A stretch of DNA of 63,831 nt, the filler included, from an uncultured bacterium (lineage in GTDB: Bacteria; B130-G9): NCBI GenBank assembly GCA_965372715.1. It is 3 parts of 3 records of this genome, joined end to end, with 100 filler letters (N's around TTAATTAATTAA, not from the genome) between each part and the next. Parts side by side here need not be neighbours in the genome. Positions count along the whole stretch, not along the records: positions 23,979 to 47,483 come from CBDVDH010000057.1; positions 47,584 to 63,831 come from CBDVDH010000068.1; 1 more part is not named here. One strand, written 5' to 3'. The notes under the pieces were generated by a model, which saw only the letters and a list, made by a program, of their open reading frames with translations, was not told the DNA's origin and did not search any database. The position numbers and the translations under genes are program-made. Each line of letters opens with the position of its first letter. Position 1 is the stretch's first letter. Positions 39,570 through 48,077 of the stretch are shown here, piece by piece.

Positions 39570-40865
39570 TCAGTCATACTCCAGCATGTCGTCCTCTTTC
39601 GGTCGAACCACCTCGATGCGGTATTCGTCCTCGATGTCCTGCTCCTCGGAAGCAGCCGTCGGCAGCTCCGCCGGCGCAACCGGTTCAGGCCCCTCATCCG
39701 GCGGAGCCTCAAGTAGTGTATCGCTGACCATACGGCGAGCAAAACCGCGCGGGATACCGGACACGCTCCCTGCTGCCAACGTGTCCAGCTTGAGCCAGAG
39801 CTTGAGCAGTCGGTCATTGAAGAAGTATCTCGCGCCTCGCTTTGTGAGCAAAAGGGAACGCAACAGCCATTTCAGATAGTCATAAGTGGCTGGGACGCTT
39901 CGTTCAATCTTGGTCGCAGCTTCCGAGGCAGTCATACCCTCTCCGAACGAGAGGACCCTTGCAATGTGCCTCAGGACGGTGTCGCCGCGGACGTTCGAGA
40001 TGGCGTCCGTCATCCGTGACCGAATAGTCCGCGAAAGCTCCGAGAGCGGATCAACGAGCGCATCGGCCACGAGCGATACAAGTTCTCCCTTTCCGACGGC
40101 CACTCCCCCGGTAAAGACCGAATCGCAGAATGAGAGCAGATATGAGAGCCGACCGTCGCACAGCGATCGCAGAGTTTCACACTCTTCCTCGGAAAGTTGC
40201 GCATCCAAAGCAACAGCTGCCACTGCCGAGACCTCCTGAGCCGAGAGCCTCGGCATCAAAATAGGTCTGACCGCCGTCCGGCGCAGGCACTTGCCGGTGA
40301 TCTCGAACACGGCGTCGGTGCTTTGCCCGTATTCGAGCGCCACAATCCGAAGCTCGGGGAACTTCGCAAGCGCCTTGGCCATAATCGCGAACGCATCGTC
40401 AACTCCCTTGTAGCTCTTCAGCGCTTTAAGAGAGGTCAGGTCTTTCATGGCGACGACCGGTCGCAAGCTCCTGCTCGAGGCCTCTGCAATGAATCCGTCC
40501 AGCAAGTTGACCAGTTCGGCATGCAGCCGCACGCCTGACCGCTTTTTTGTTGCATCCAGTCCTTTTGGCGGGACCAGCCATCGCGGCGGCCTATCTGCGT
40601 CTAGTTCCTCATCGGCAAAGACGCCTTCGAGGGCGCATCCGATCGCGCTAACCAGAAGGGACGGTGAAAGCGCCATCTTGGCGAAATCCACGAACGCACA
40701 CGCCACGGGCATCTTGGCCGCCCTGCGACGCAGACCATCCCAAAGAACCTGAACCGCCCCGAAGTCGTCCGAGATGAAGAGAACATCGCTCTCACCAGCA
40801 CTGATAGCATCTAGAACCGAGCGGAAGGAGAAAACATCATCCATCAGAATGTCATAATCCCGCAT
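39570..40865 (-). CDS. Degenerate P-loop ATPase-like protein with C-terminal winged HTH and acidic tail
   Basis: Layout resembles archaeal-type ATPases but has no Walker A/B consensus; TASEAA..ATYDYLKWL..YFFNDRLLKLW; start at ATG 40865 inferred. Confidence 0.55.
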   Translation of the reverse strand: MRDYDILMDDVFSFRSVLDAISAGESDVLFISDDFGAVQVLWDGLRRRAAKMPVACAFVDFAKMALSPSLLVSAIGCALEGVFADEELDADRPPRWLVPPKGLDATKKRSGVRLHAELVNLLDGFIAEASSRSLRPVVAMKDLTSLKALKSYKGVDDAFAIMAKALAKFPELRIVALEYGQSTDAVFEITGKCLRRTAVRPILMPRLSAQEVSAVAAVALDAQLSEEECETLRSLCDGRLSYLLSFCDSVFTGGVAVGKGELVSLVADALVDPLSELSRTIRSRMTDAISNVRGDTVLRHIARVLSFGEGMTASEAATKIERSVPATYDYLKWLLRSLLLTKRGARYFFNDRLLKLWLKLDTLAAGSVSGIPRGFARRMVSDTLLEAPPDEGPEPVAPAELPTAASEEQDIEDEYRIEVVRPKEDDMLEYD

Positions 40866-40941
40866 ATCAATCCCCATGCCCAGATGATACGAGCCGTAGC
40901 GTGCATATACAAGCGCTCGCCGGCGAGGCGGCCAATTACCT

Positions 40942-42258
40942 TCAACAGGAGCCAAAGGCGAGCAATTGTGCGTAGCGCGTTCGATTCCTTCGTGCCTGGG
41001 CAGTATTCGGTTCAGAGACATATTCCTCGATGCGCGTGAGATTGACAGCTCTGAGAATCACCTGGCCGCGGGCGCTGCCGTCCATCGGGTTTCGGACCCA
41101 AATCCTCTGCTCCTGGCGGTCGTGCAGAGCGGGATATAGCATTGTGGCCGTCCCATCTCGACCCCGAGTCAGGGCATAGACCGCCAGCTGATACAGCATG
41201 TTTGCCGTCGGCGGATTTGCCCAGAGGTCACGGTATTTGGCGTCCAGAACGGACACTGCCCTGCCGTTTTTCGAGACGGCGTAATCTGGACGAGGCGTAG
41301 GGTCTTCGCGCCCCAGAGGGTTGTAGGAAGCGTAGTATCCCATAACGTTCCTCAGGCGGAACTGTTCCATGACAACGCAATTTGGAAGATCCTCTCGCAA
41401 GAAACGGCCAAGAAGCGCTTGAAAGAAAAGATTCATGTCGAAAAGGAAACCGGGCAGCTCGATCCTCTCATCGGTAGATTCCCAATAAATGCCCTTGGCG
41501 TCCAGAAGCATCCCGATGATCGTGATCGCTGGCTCGTAAGCGACTGTCAACCTGCTCGACCTACGCCGCAGCCGCCTCATGACGTCGTGGTCGAGGCGAT
41601 CAATGGTTGAGACATTGTCTCGTATCTGAATGATTAGCCCTCCCAGGCGACGCGTCAGCCAGGGATCATGCGTGATGGAGGCGCCGAGGCAAAGGCCCTT
41701 GAGCAGCACCTGGTTAATCAGACAATCTCGCAGCCTCGGATGATACGTGCAGGGAAGTGTTGCGGAGGTTGTTAGGCCACTCTGACGCACGAACTGCTGA
41801 AAGTCGATCCTGCCGCGAGGGCTTGCGAGGGCAGCGCTCCTTCGGATGTATCTGCGGTGTAACCCTCTGGCTACCAGTTCGCTCGCTTCCTGGGCCAGCT
41901 GGTGCAGAAGAATCTCCTGAAACGAACAATCCGCGATTTGAAACTCCGTCTGTGAAAAGAGCTTCAGGTCCCGCAGGCCATACGCGTACCGCAGTAGCCT
42001 CAGAAGCGGCATCCCCTCGATCTTGGGCCGAATCGTTATTGAGAGGTTCCCAAGTCGCAGCCTGCCAACGTGCGAGAACGATTGGAGCGAGAGCCCCTGA
42101 TTGTGAATATCAACAATGCGCAGAACGTTGGACTTCGAGAGGACTTCTGCCAGTTTGAGTTCAGCGCTGTCTTCGTCGAGATGTTGGCCATACAGAACGC
42201 TCCCTGGCTCGGGCGAAAGCGTCTCCCATTCCTTGAGCTCCACGGGGATTCGCATCAA
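40942..42258 (-). CDS. mcrC: McrC-family restriction endonuclease subunit
   Basis: VGRL..IRPKI, RGRIDF, LFDMNLFFQ, RPD..VLDAKY, YQLAVY. Confidence 0.9.
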   Translation of the reverse strand: MMRIPVELKEWETLSPEPGSVLYGQHLDEDSAELKLAEVLSKSNVLRIVDIHNQGLSLQSFSHVGRLRLGNLSITIRPKIEGMPLLRLLRYAYGLRDLKLFSQTEFQIADCSFQEILLHQLAQEASELVARGLHRRYIRRSAALASPRGRIDFQQFVRQSGLTTSATLPCTYHPRLRDCLINQVLLKGLCLGASITHDPWLTRRLGGLIIQIRDNVSTIDRLDHDVMRRLRRRSSRLTVAYEPAITIIGMLLDAKGIYWESTDERIELPGFLFDMNLFFQALLGRFLREDLPNCVVMEQFRLRNVMGYYASYNPLGREDPTPRPDYAVSKNGRAVSVLDAKYRDLWANPPTANMLYQLAVYALTRGRDGTATMLYPALHDRQEQRIWVRNPMDGSARGQVILRAVNLTRIEEYVSEPNTAQARRNRTRYAQLLAFGSC

Positions 42259-44537
42259 TCGCCCGGCCCCTCGGGTTCGCCATCTGCGTCGTCTTCATCG
42301 TGGTCCTCTTCAACTTCGCCCTCCTGCAAAGCAATAGCTTTTGCAGACGTAGCTAAATCTTGCGTTACCGCAAAGATCGCCTGAATCAGCTCCTCTCTAT
42401 TGTTGGGCTCGAAGATGTCGTCGCTAATCTCCTCCTTCGTAGCATCCACGAAGGCCCGGCCAAGAATCGCCTCAAGCTTCGTGTAGTCCTCGTAGCAATA
42501 CTCCTGAAGAAGCGGCAGAATATCGCCCCTGAGCACCCTCGAGAACGTAGCGAAGTCGGGCAGTGGGCGCCCATTCTGCATGAGATAGGCGTGCCCCACC
42601 TGCAGGTTGCGGGCATCCCGCCCGACGTGCTCCCGGATACGGTCATTCAACGCATCAAGCCACAGCTCAAGCGATATCCCCTCAATAAGCGGCCCTTTCA
42701 AAAGCGAACTGTCTGGCATGAGCTCCATGAAACCGAACCTGCGCCTCAACGCCGTGTCCAGAAGCGCGATTGAGCGATCGGCGGTATTCATCGTGCCAAT
42801 GACATATACGTTTCCAGGCACACTGAAACGCTCGCCTGAAAGCGGCAAAATAAGTTCCTGGCCTCTCTTGTCCTTTTCTAGAATCGTCAGCAGCTCGCCG
42901 AAGATCCGGGGTATATCTCCCCTGTTGATCTCGTCGATAATGAGATAGAACTTGCGATCCAAGGCTGCCTCTGCGTGCTTGCAGAGCTTCTTGAATATCC
43001 CGTCGCGCAGCTCAAACACGAGCTTACCATCAATCTCACGCGGCCGGAACCCCTCGATGAAATCCTCATATCCGTAGGCTGGGTGGAAGCAGCACGCACG
43101 CACGCAGCTGTGCTCCCGGTCGATTCCCGACCGTTCCTCGTCTGGCAGCTGATCATGAGGTTTCCCGTATGACGACCGTGCCGCCAATTCCCGGGCCGCT
43201 CGATTGGCCCAATAGGTCTTCCCCGTGCCAGGCGGCCCGTAGAGGATCACCTGTCCCTTGCGCTTCAAGATCGATTCAATCCTTCGTCTGGTTGGGTCCT
43301 CATCATCATGTCCATCTGGTCTAAGAACGCGTTTTTCTATCTCGACAAGGTTCTCTGGATACTTTCGCATCTCATGCACCGTAGTTAGAAGCCCATCCAG
43401 AGTCGGCGTTTCCCAGAGATCAAGGGAAAGCCACTCAACCGGTCTGCAATGCGGGAAGTCCAAAGTCGGCTTGTACCTGTAAGGGCCGATCACTCTCCCG
43501 ATGCCCAGCACCTTTTGGCCTTCGGAGGCTACGACGAGGTCACCTTCCGAAATAACATTGATGAAATCATTCAGCTGTCTTGCTTGGTTAGTACGGGTAC
43601 CTTTTTGAGTAGGCTCGTTCTCATTCAGGTAAAGCTTAGCCTTGTCCATACACTGAATCAGCTGCGCTTTGGCTTTGCTGTTCCCTACCAGATCCTCGAG
43701 GTTCCCCAGTTTGGCCCATTCACCTCCAGTGGACGTGAAGTGGCCTTCTTTCATTTCATCCCAGTAGCTCTTCTTTCCGGATTTATCGGTTGTCCCAATC
43801 CGCCAATAGCGGTGTGGTTTGCCGTTTCTCGTGTTGAGCACACTCGTGAGATGGTTGATCGGCATTTGTAATTCCGCGGCCAGGGACACATATCTCCCCG
43901 CGCAAAGGAAGCGGCCTTCGCCCTCAGGTGGAATCTGAAGCAGCTTGATCAGGTGGAAACGCTGGTAATGGACAGTGTGGAACTCCTCAAGCTCGTTGGG
44001 ATAAAGAAGGCTGAAGTACTTGTGGGCCCAAGATTTGTTCGTCACGGTGGAGGCCCGTTCGTTTAGGTCGTGCTGAAGCTGCTTGTAGTCATCGTCGGAA
44101 CCGTTCGGAGGCAGGGCATCAAGCGCTTTACATCCGTTAACAAGCTCCTCACGCTGGCTCCTGGCAATCTCGACAGCCTCGTCCAAGGAGATTGTGCGTT
44201 TCTTGCCCACCCATCCTGTGATCCATTCCCCAGTTTTCTGGCTTCGGAAGACACCAAACACGAACTTGGGAGCTGGCGCAATCATTCCGAACCGGGCGGG
44301 GAATTCGTCGTCGTCCTTGAATTCGAGCCAATGGACCAGACTGTCGTGTTTGGGTTCCCCGTGCATCATGTTTAATAGGGCTTCACCGTCAAGCTGAAGG
44401 AGCCTCTCAGGCCCGAAGCGCTCGCGGAACAGGTCGTAGCACTGCTTTAGCTTATCGCTCGAGAGAAGCTTGCCTTCATCTCTGAGCTTCTGGTAAGTAA
44501 CTTTGAGTTCATCTCGAATCTTCTCGTTCAGTTCCAT
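42255..44537 (-). CDS. mcrB: McrB-family AAA+ GTPase
   Basis: GPPGTGKT, FHPAYGYEDFIEG, IIDEINRG, MNTADRS, ALRRRF. Confidence 0.93.
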   Translation of the reverse strand: MELNEKIRDELKVTYQKLRDEGKLLSSDKLKQCYDLFRERFGPERLLQLDGEALLNMMHGEPKHDSLVHWLEFKDDDEFPARFGMIAPAPKFVFGVFRSQKTGEWITGWVGKKRTISLDEAVEIARSQREELVNGCKALDALPPNGSDDDYKQLQHDLNERASTVTNKSWAHKYFSLLYPNELEEFHTVHYQRFHLIKLLQIPPEGEGRFLCAGRYVSLAAELQMPINHLTSVLNTRNGKPHRYWRIGTTDKSGKKSYWDEMKEGHFTSTGGEWAKLGNLEDLVGNSKAKAQLIQCMDKAKLYLNENEPTQKGTRTNQARQLNDFINVISEGDLVVASEGQKVLGIGRVIGPYRYKPTLDFPHCRPVEWLSLDLWETPTLDGLLTTVHEMRKYPENLVEIEKRVLRPDGHDDEDPTRRRIESILKRKGQVILYGPPGTGKTYWANRAARELAARSSYGKPHDQLPDEERSGIDREHSCVRACCFHPAYGYEDFIEGFRPREIDGKLVFELRDGIFKKLCKHAEAALDRKFYLIIDEINRGDIPRIFGELLTILEKDKRGQELILPLSGERFSVPGNVYVIGTMNTADRSIALLDTALRRRFGFMELMPDSSLLKGPLIEGISLELWLDALNDRIREHVGRDARNLQVGHAYLMQNGRPLPDFATFSRVLRGDILPLLQEYCYEDYTKLEAILGRAFVDATKEEISDDIFEPNNREELIQAIFAVTQDLATSAKAIALQEGEVEEDHDEDDADGEPEGPGD

Positions 44538-44576
44538 CTTAGTGCACTCCTTATCAGATATATTATTGCGTCGTGA

Positions 44577-45695
44577 TTATGGCTTTTGATCGAGAACCTC
44601 GCGGTAAACGGCCAGCGTTTGCTCGGCGGTGCGTTTCCAGGAGAACTCGCTCGCTCTTTTTGGGCCTTTTTCCCTTAAGTCTTCATATCTGTCCAGATTG
44701 TGAAACATCGAGCCCAAGATGTCCGCCATATTGTACGGATCGTATGGATCGAAGTAGGCGGCGGCGTTACCGGCAATCTCCTTAAGGACAGGGAGCCGGG
44801 ACATGCAGACTGGCACGCCACAGGCCATCGCCTCCAGTGGCGGCAGCCCAAAGCCCTCGTATAGCGTCGGGAACACGAAGATGTACGCGCCGGAATAGAG
44901 GACGGGCAGCTTCTCGTGTGGCACGGCGCCGAGAAAGCGCACGCATCGCGTCATATAATGCCGCTTCACGTATTTCTGCAGCACAGCGCCTTGCTTCTTG
45001 TGCTCGCCGACGATGACGAGAGTGAGGTCAGTATCAAGCCGCATCCTCACGATATCAAAGGCCTCAAGCAGGCGTGCGACGTTTTTGTGCTTACGCAGGC
45101 TCCCTACGTATAGAATGTATGGCACGTCAATACCGTAATCCCTCTTGAGTCCATCCAGAAGAGAAAATGGAATCTGCGGTCTGAATATCTCCGACACGCC
45201 GTTATAGACGACGCTTATCTCCTCCTCAGGGACGCTCAGATGCTCGACTATCTCGGCCTTGCTCGCGTTTGAAGCGGTTATGATCCTGTCGGCGACGCGC
45301 GCGGCGAGGCGCAGCATTTTTTCGGCGTAGATTCGACGGGTTCTGGACGGCAGCAGTTCTGGCATGAGAAGGTGGTTGATGTCATGAATCGAGACCACAT
45401 ACTTGCAGTGCTTGAGCGGACTTGTCGCATAATGCAGCCAGTGCAGGATGTCCAGCCCCAGCTTCCGCGATTTGTGAGGCAACTTGATGGCCTCTTCTAT
45501 TGAATAGCGTTTGGATTTCTCTCGGACTGTCGTGAAATTGGGCGGAAGAGTCGGAATCAGCGCGGGATCGCCGAGCAGAAAATACTCGTTTTCTGTGTCT
45601 AGAAGCGCGAGGCTCTTGATCAGGTTCGAGGTTATCGTCCCAATGCCGTAGTCGAGTATCTTCCTGCAATCGATGCCGATTCGCGCCGGTTTCAT
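44577..45695 (-). CDS. GT4 family glycosyltransferase
   Basis: SIHD, HKN, YEGFGLPPLEAMACG, FSW. Confidence 0.93.
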   Translation of the reverse strand: MKPARIGIDCRKILDYGIGTITSNLIKSLALLDTENEYFLLGDPALIPTLPPNFTTVREKSKRYSIEEAIKLPHKSRKLGLDILHWLHYATSPLKHCKYVVSIHDINHLLMPELLPSRTRRIYAEKMLRLAARVADRIITASNASKAEIVEHLSVPEEEISVVYNGVSEIFRPQIPFSLLDGLKRDYGIDVPYILYVGSLRKHKNVARLLEAFDIVRMRLDTDLTLVIVGEHKKQGAVLQKYVKRHYMTRCVRFLGAVPHEKLPVLYSGAYIFVFPTLYEGFGLPPLEAMACGVPVCMSRLPVLKEIAGNAAAYFDPYDPYNMADILGSMFHNLDRYEDLREKGPKRASEFSWKRTAEQTLAVYREVLDQKP

Positions 45696-45742
45696 TGAGT
45701 AGCAGCGGGCTTGATGGCTGGGACTTTGGCCAACGCAGCTGT

Positions 45743-45813
45743 GTAGGGGCGGCTCACGAGCCCTCCTCTGATTCGATCTAACGTATGAAGGGCGGCTCGT
45801 GAGCCGCCCCTAC
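45743..45813. repeat. GTAG-type REP doublet
   Basis: GTAGGGGCGGCTCACGAGCCC ... GGGCGGCTCGTGAGCCGCCCCTAC. Confidence 0.85.
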
Positions 45814-45921
45814 AGACCTTATCCCATTCCAATAGGCACATTCCGTATATAGCGAGGCGGTTCTGCCCCTACAGCCAGAATCCGGCGATCACATCGCTGA
45901 CACATGGGTCGCCGACGTCTT

Positions 45922-47244
45922 TCAAGGGTCTTGGGCGCCGGCGAGCTCATCGAGATCGAACATGTCGCTGTTCTCGTCGGTCGTCTGAGACGCGGCGCTC
46001 TGGATGTTCTCGAGCGTGCTAACGATAGATGCGATCCGGTCTGCGTTCTCGACGATTGACTTGGCTTTCTTCCTCACGGACTCGCCGTCGGCCGCAACCA
46101 TTGTCTCGAGCATCTGAGCCGATAGCAGAATGCTGCAGAGCGGGTTGTTGATCTCGTGATTGACCGTCGCCACCATCCGCTCAATCGTCTTGAGCCGCTC
46201 CGCCTCGATCAGCTTCTCGTGGACAGCCTTGAGTTCCTCCTGCGCCTCGACCGCCCGCATGTAAAGCTTCGCGTTCATGATGGCTATGCCAGCGTATTCG
46301 CTGAAGCGCTCGAGCACCGCAGTGTGCTCCTCAGTGATAGGCCGGCGCGATCTGTGGTTATCGACCGTAATCGTCCCGACGACGACGTCCTTGACCACGA
46401 GCGGGATTTTGGCCATCGGCCCCGGATACAGCCTTGCGGCCTTCTCCGCTGTTTCTCCCTTGCCGAAGCTCCCCTCCGAGAAGTACTTTTTCTTGTGGTG
46501 CACAACCTGCCGGGCCCACGGCGCGATCCTTTTGTCCGAAAGAGGCCAGACCTTCTCCGCAAGCTGCGCCTCATAACTGTCCTCGGGAATGCCCATCGCC
46601 ATCACCGCCTCCTCCAGCTTCTGGTCCCAGTCGATCAGGGACAGAACCACCCGGTCAAACTCCGTCGCGTTGGCGATACTGACGAGTATCTCCTTCAGAA
46701 CCTTGTCGAGCTCGAGCGAGCTCGCTATCGACTTGGCGATGCGCTCGAACGTGTTGAACTGCTCCTTGCGCAGGGTGTAATCTTCATTTTCTTGACTGAG
46801 CGTCTCGTTTTTCTTCTCAAGCTCCTCGATGCGGCTGACCACCTGCTCGTAGAACCGCTTGTTCTCAACGGCGTCCTTGAGCATCTTGGTCGTTCGCTTA
46901 GGCTCAAGCGGCTTCTTGAGGAAGAAGGATGCGGCGTTGTTCCAGGCCCTGAGAACCTTACCCAGCGTGGGCTTCGATGAGGCGACTATCGTCGGGACGT
47001 GACCCTCGGGCGTCGTACTCTCGGCAAAAACGTCCAGCTTGATGCTCTCGCCGAACTCCAGATCGAGCAGTATGACGTCGCAGCCCTGCCGCTTGAGGCA
47101 AGCCCTTATCTCGTCCGCGGTAGCGAAGGAAACGAGCTCGAAGCCCGAATCCAACAGCACCGGACCTATCTGCTCGACAGACTCGGGAGCATCTATGACC
47201 AGAACCTTAGCAGGGGCGTCTGAACTGTCTATCGATCCCGTCAA
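45922..47244 (-). CDS. REC-GAF-HisKA signalling protein without HATPase domain
   Basis: VLVID..DVILLD..FLKKP; GAF (IPLVVKDVVVGTITVDN); NHEINNPL; TTG start at 47244 after GGAGG inferred. Confidence 0.8.
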   Translation of the reverse strand: MTGSIDSSDAPAKVLVIDAPESVEQIGPVLLDSGFELVSFATADEIRACLKRQGCDVILLDLEFGESIKLDVFAESTTPEGHVPTIVASSKPTLGKVLRAWNNAASFFLKKPLEPKRTTKMLKDAVENKRFYEQVVSRIEELEKKNETLSQENEDYTLRKEQFNTFERIAKSIASSLELDKVLKEILVSIANATEFDRVVLSLIDWDQKLEEAVMAMGIPEDSYEAQLAEKVWPLSDKRIAPWARQVVHHKKKYFSEGSFGKGETAEKAARLYPGPMAKIPLVVKDVVVGTITVDNHRSRRPITEEHTAVLERFSEYAGIAIMNAKLYMRAVEAQEELKAVHEKLIEAERLKTIERMVATVNHEINNPLCSILLSAQMLETMVAADGESVRKKAKSIVENADRIASIVSTLENIQSAASQTTDENSDMFDLDELAGAQDP

Positions 47245-47483
47245 TTGCCTCCACCCATCCAGAAAGTGCGCAGCCTCGACTAATAGGTTACTCACGTCAG
47301 AGATGTGGTCAACCTTTTTGTAAGGGGGAGTTCTCGTAATCGTACCCGGACCTGCTCGACTGAAGGCGTTCTTCCTGCATCCCTGAAAGGGATTAAGGTG
47401 AGTAGCCGTAGGTGCTAACCTACGGATCAGTCGCGGACAGACTAGCACCTCAGTTCGCCGCGCGGCGACCTGGACATCGCCCT

Positions 47484-47583
47484 NNNNNNNNNNNNNNNNN
47501 NNNNNNNNNNNNNNNNNNNNNNNNNNNTTAATTAATTAANNNNNNNNNNNNNNNNNNNNNNNNNNNNNNNNNNNNNNNNNNNN
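47484..47583. other. Artificial contig linker
   Basis: N-run/TTAATTAATTAA/N-run. Confidence 0.97.
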
Positions 47584-47685
47584 CAATCTATGAGAGGGCG
47601 GTGTCAAGCCACCACCAATGAAAGCGGCGTCAAGCCGCTGCACTCCAAAAGGCCAGAGCCGCCGGCGTCAATCTGATTTTTCGGG
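47584..47685. repeat. Partial copy of the dispersed element at the contig edge
   Basis: Near-identical to 60970-61071. Confidence 0.85.
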
Positions 47686-48077
47686 TCTTGGGGAGTTTGA
47701 CCCTGGATTGTAGGTCGAGTTTTGCGGTCAGCTCGACCGCGTTTCGACCCGGCGCTCAACTGGCTCTAATTGTATGCTTCAGAGGCTGTGTCATAGACAG
47801 GTTACCGTTGTGTTACACGTGTGGAGGGCTCCGCGCCAAAACCTATGGATTAGGGCAGGCTTCGCCTTGCCATCAGGCCAAGTCCGGGACGTAAGCCGAA
47901 CTCCCACACCTAGCGGTCGCAGCACCTGAAATAGACTTTCCGGCCTGCGAGAATCATTTATGAGATGTCCTCATTAGCCAGGTCCTAGGGCGGGGCCGGC
48001 TACTCGCGCAAGGTCATCGATTCGCTGGCGGCGGCAAAAAAGAGGAGTAGAAGGGCCTGATTACTCGAGCGGGCAGC

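Noticed and set aside
40866-41021. N-terminal extensions in the ORF track (also 23741-23863 and 47245-47448)
   Set aside because: They overlap mcrC, REPs or promoter DNA; downstream starts fit the domain boundaries better.
47850-47930. c-di-GMP-I riboswitch-like GGGACG..AAGCC
   Set aside because: Lacks the GCAAA elements and a convincing P1/P2 stem.
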